The notes under the pieces are model-generated. The model did not search any database. It was not told where the DNA came from and saw only the letters and a list, made by a program, of their open reading frames with translations. From Eledone cirrhosa (lineage: Eukaryota), in NCBI GenBank assembly GCA_964016885.1, contig OZ024751.1, positions 45,384,001 through 45,448,000 on the forward strand: DNA of 64,000 nt, in the 5' to 3' direction. Each line of letters opens with the position of its first letter. Position 1 is the first letter of the stretch. The position numbers and the translations under genes were made by a program. Below, piece by piece: positions 63,801-64,000 of this stretch.

Positions 63801-64000
63801 CAACAACAACATCCTCCACAATGTCTGATTAGATTAAAAATCAATATTCAATAAGTTCTAAACACCATGGATCATTTAGCAATCCTCTGTATTCTAACCC
63901 CTAACCCACTCCCCCCTCCCCCCTCTATATTCTAAGTCCTAGCCTACTCACTGACACCTATATCCTAACCCCTAACCATCACCTCCCTTCTATATTCCAA

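Noticed and set aside
63890-63980. Telomere-like CTAACCC motifs at the window end
   Set aside because: Only a few imperfect copies (CTAACCCCTAACC), not a TTAGGG array.

Overview
AT-rich, microsatellite-dense animal DNA that is almost entirely non-coding. The SINE and RTE repertoire and the (TA)n/(CA)n/(GA)n density suggest an octopus or other coleoid cephalopod; this is inferred from recognised repeat motifs, not from a database hit. No complete host gene is visible. The best host-gene signal is a candidate minus-strand promoter and first exon at about 7.3-8.2 kb (TCAGTT Inr, uORF-rich leader, ATG-CCA-GG|GTAAGT). The rest is a mosaic of tRNA-derived SINEs, 3' fragments of RTE LINEs, a deleted DD37D (maT) Tc1/mariner element, Tc1/mariner and piggyBac-type MITEs, Penelope-like relics with decayed minimal hammerhead ribozymes, and minisatellites of 17, 30, 37, 48, 52, 60 and 63 bp. 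Most interesting: (1) an RTE insertion with an inverted 5' part, a TSD and junction microhomology, the signature of twin priming (47930-48705); (2) a 63-bp array whose variants preserve a Gly/Tyr/His-rich reading frame (25296-25874); (3) several hammerhead-like relics; (4) a young SINE with an unusual multi-helix 3' domain; (5) the same SINE family inserted into two copies of one MITE and into the hairpin of a satellite unit. Nearly all ORFs in the supplied track are simple-repeat artefacts. Coordinates were counted by eye, and boundaries of old repeats are approximate.
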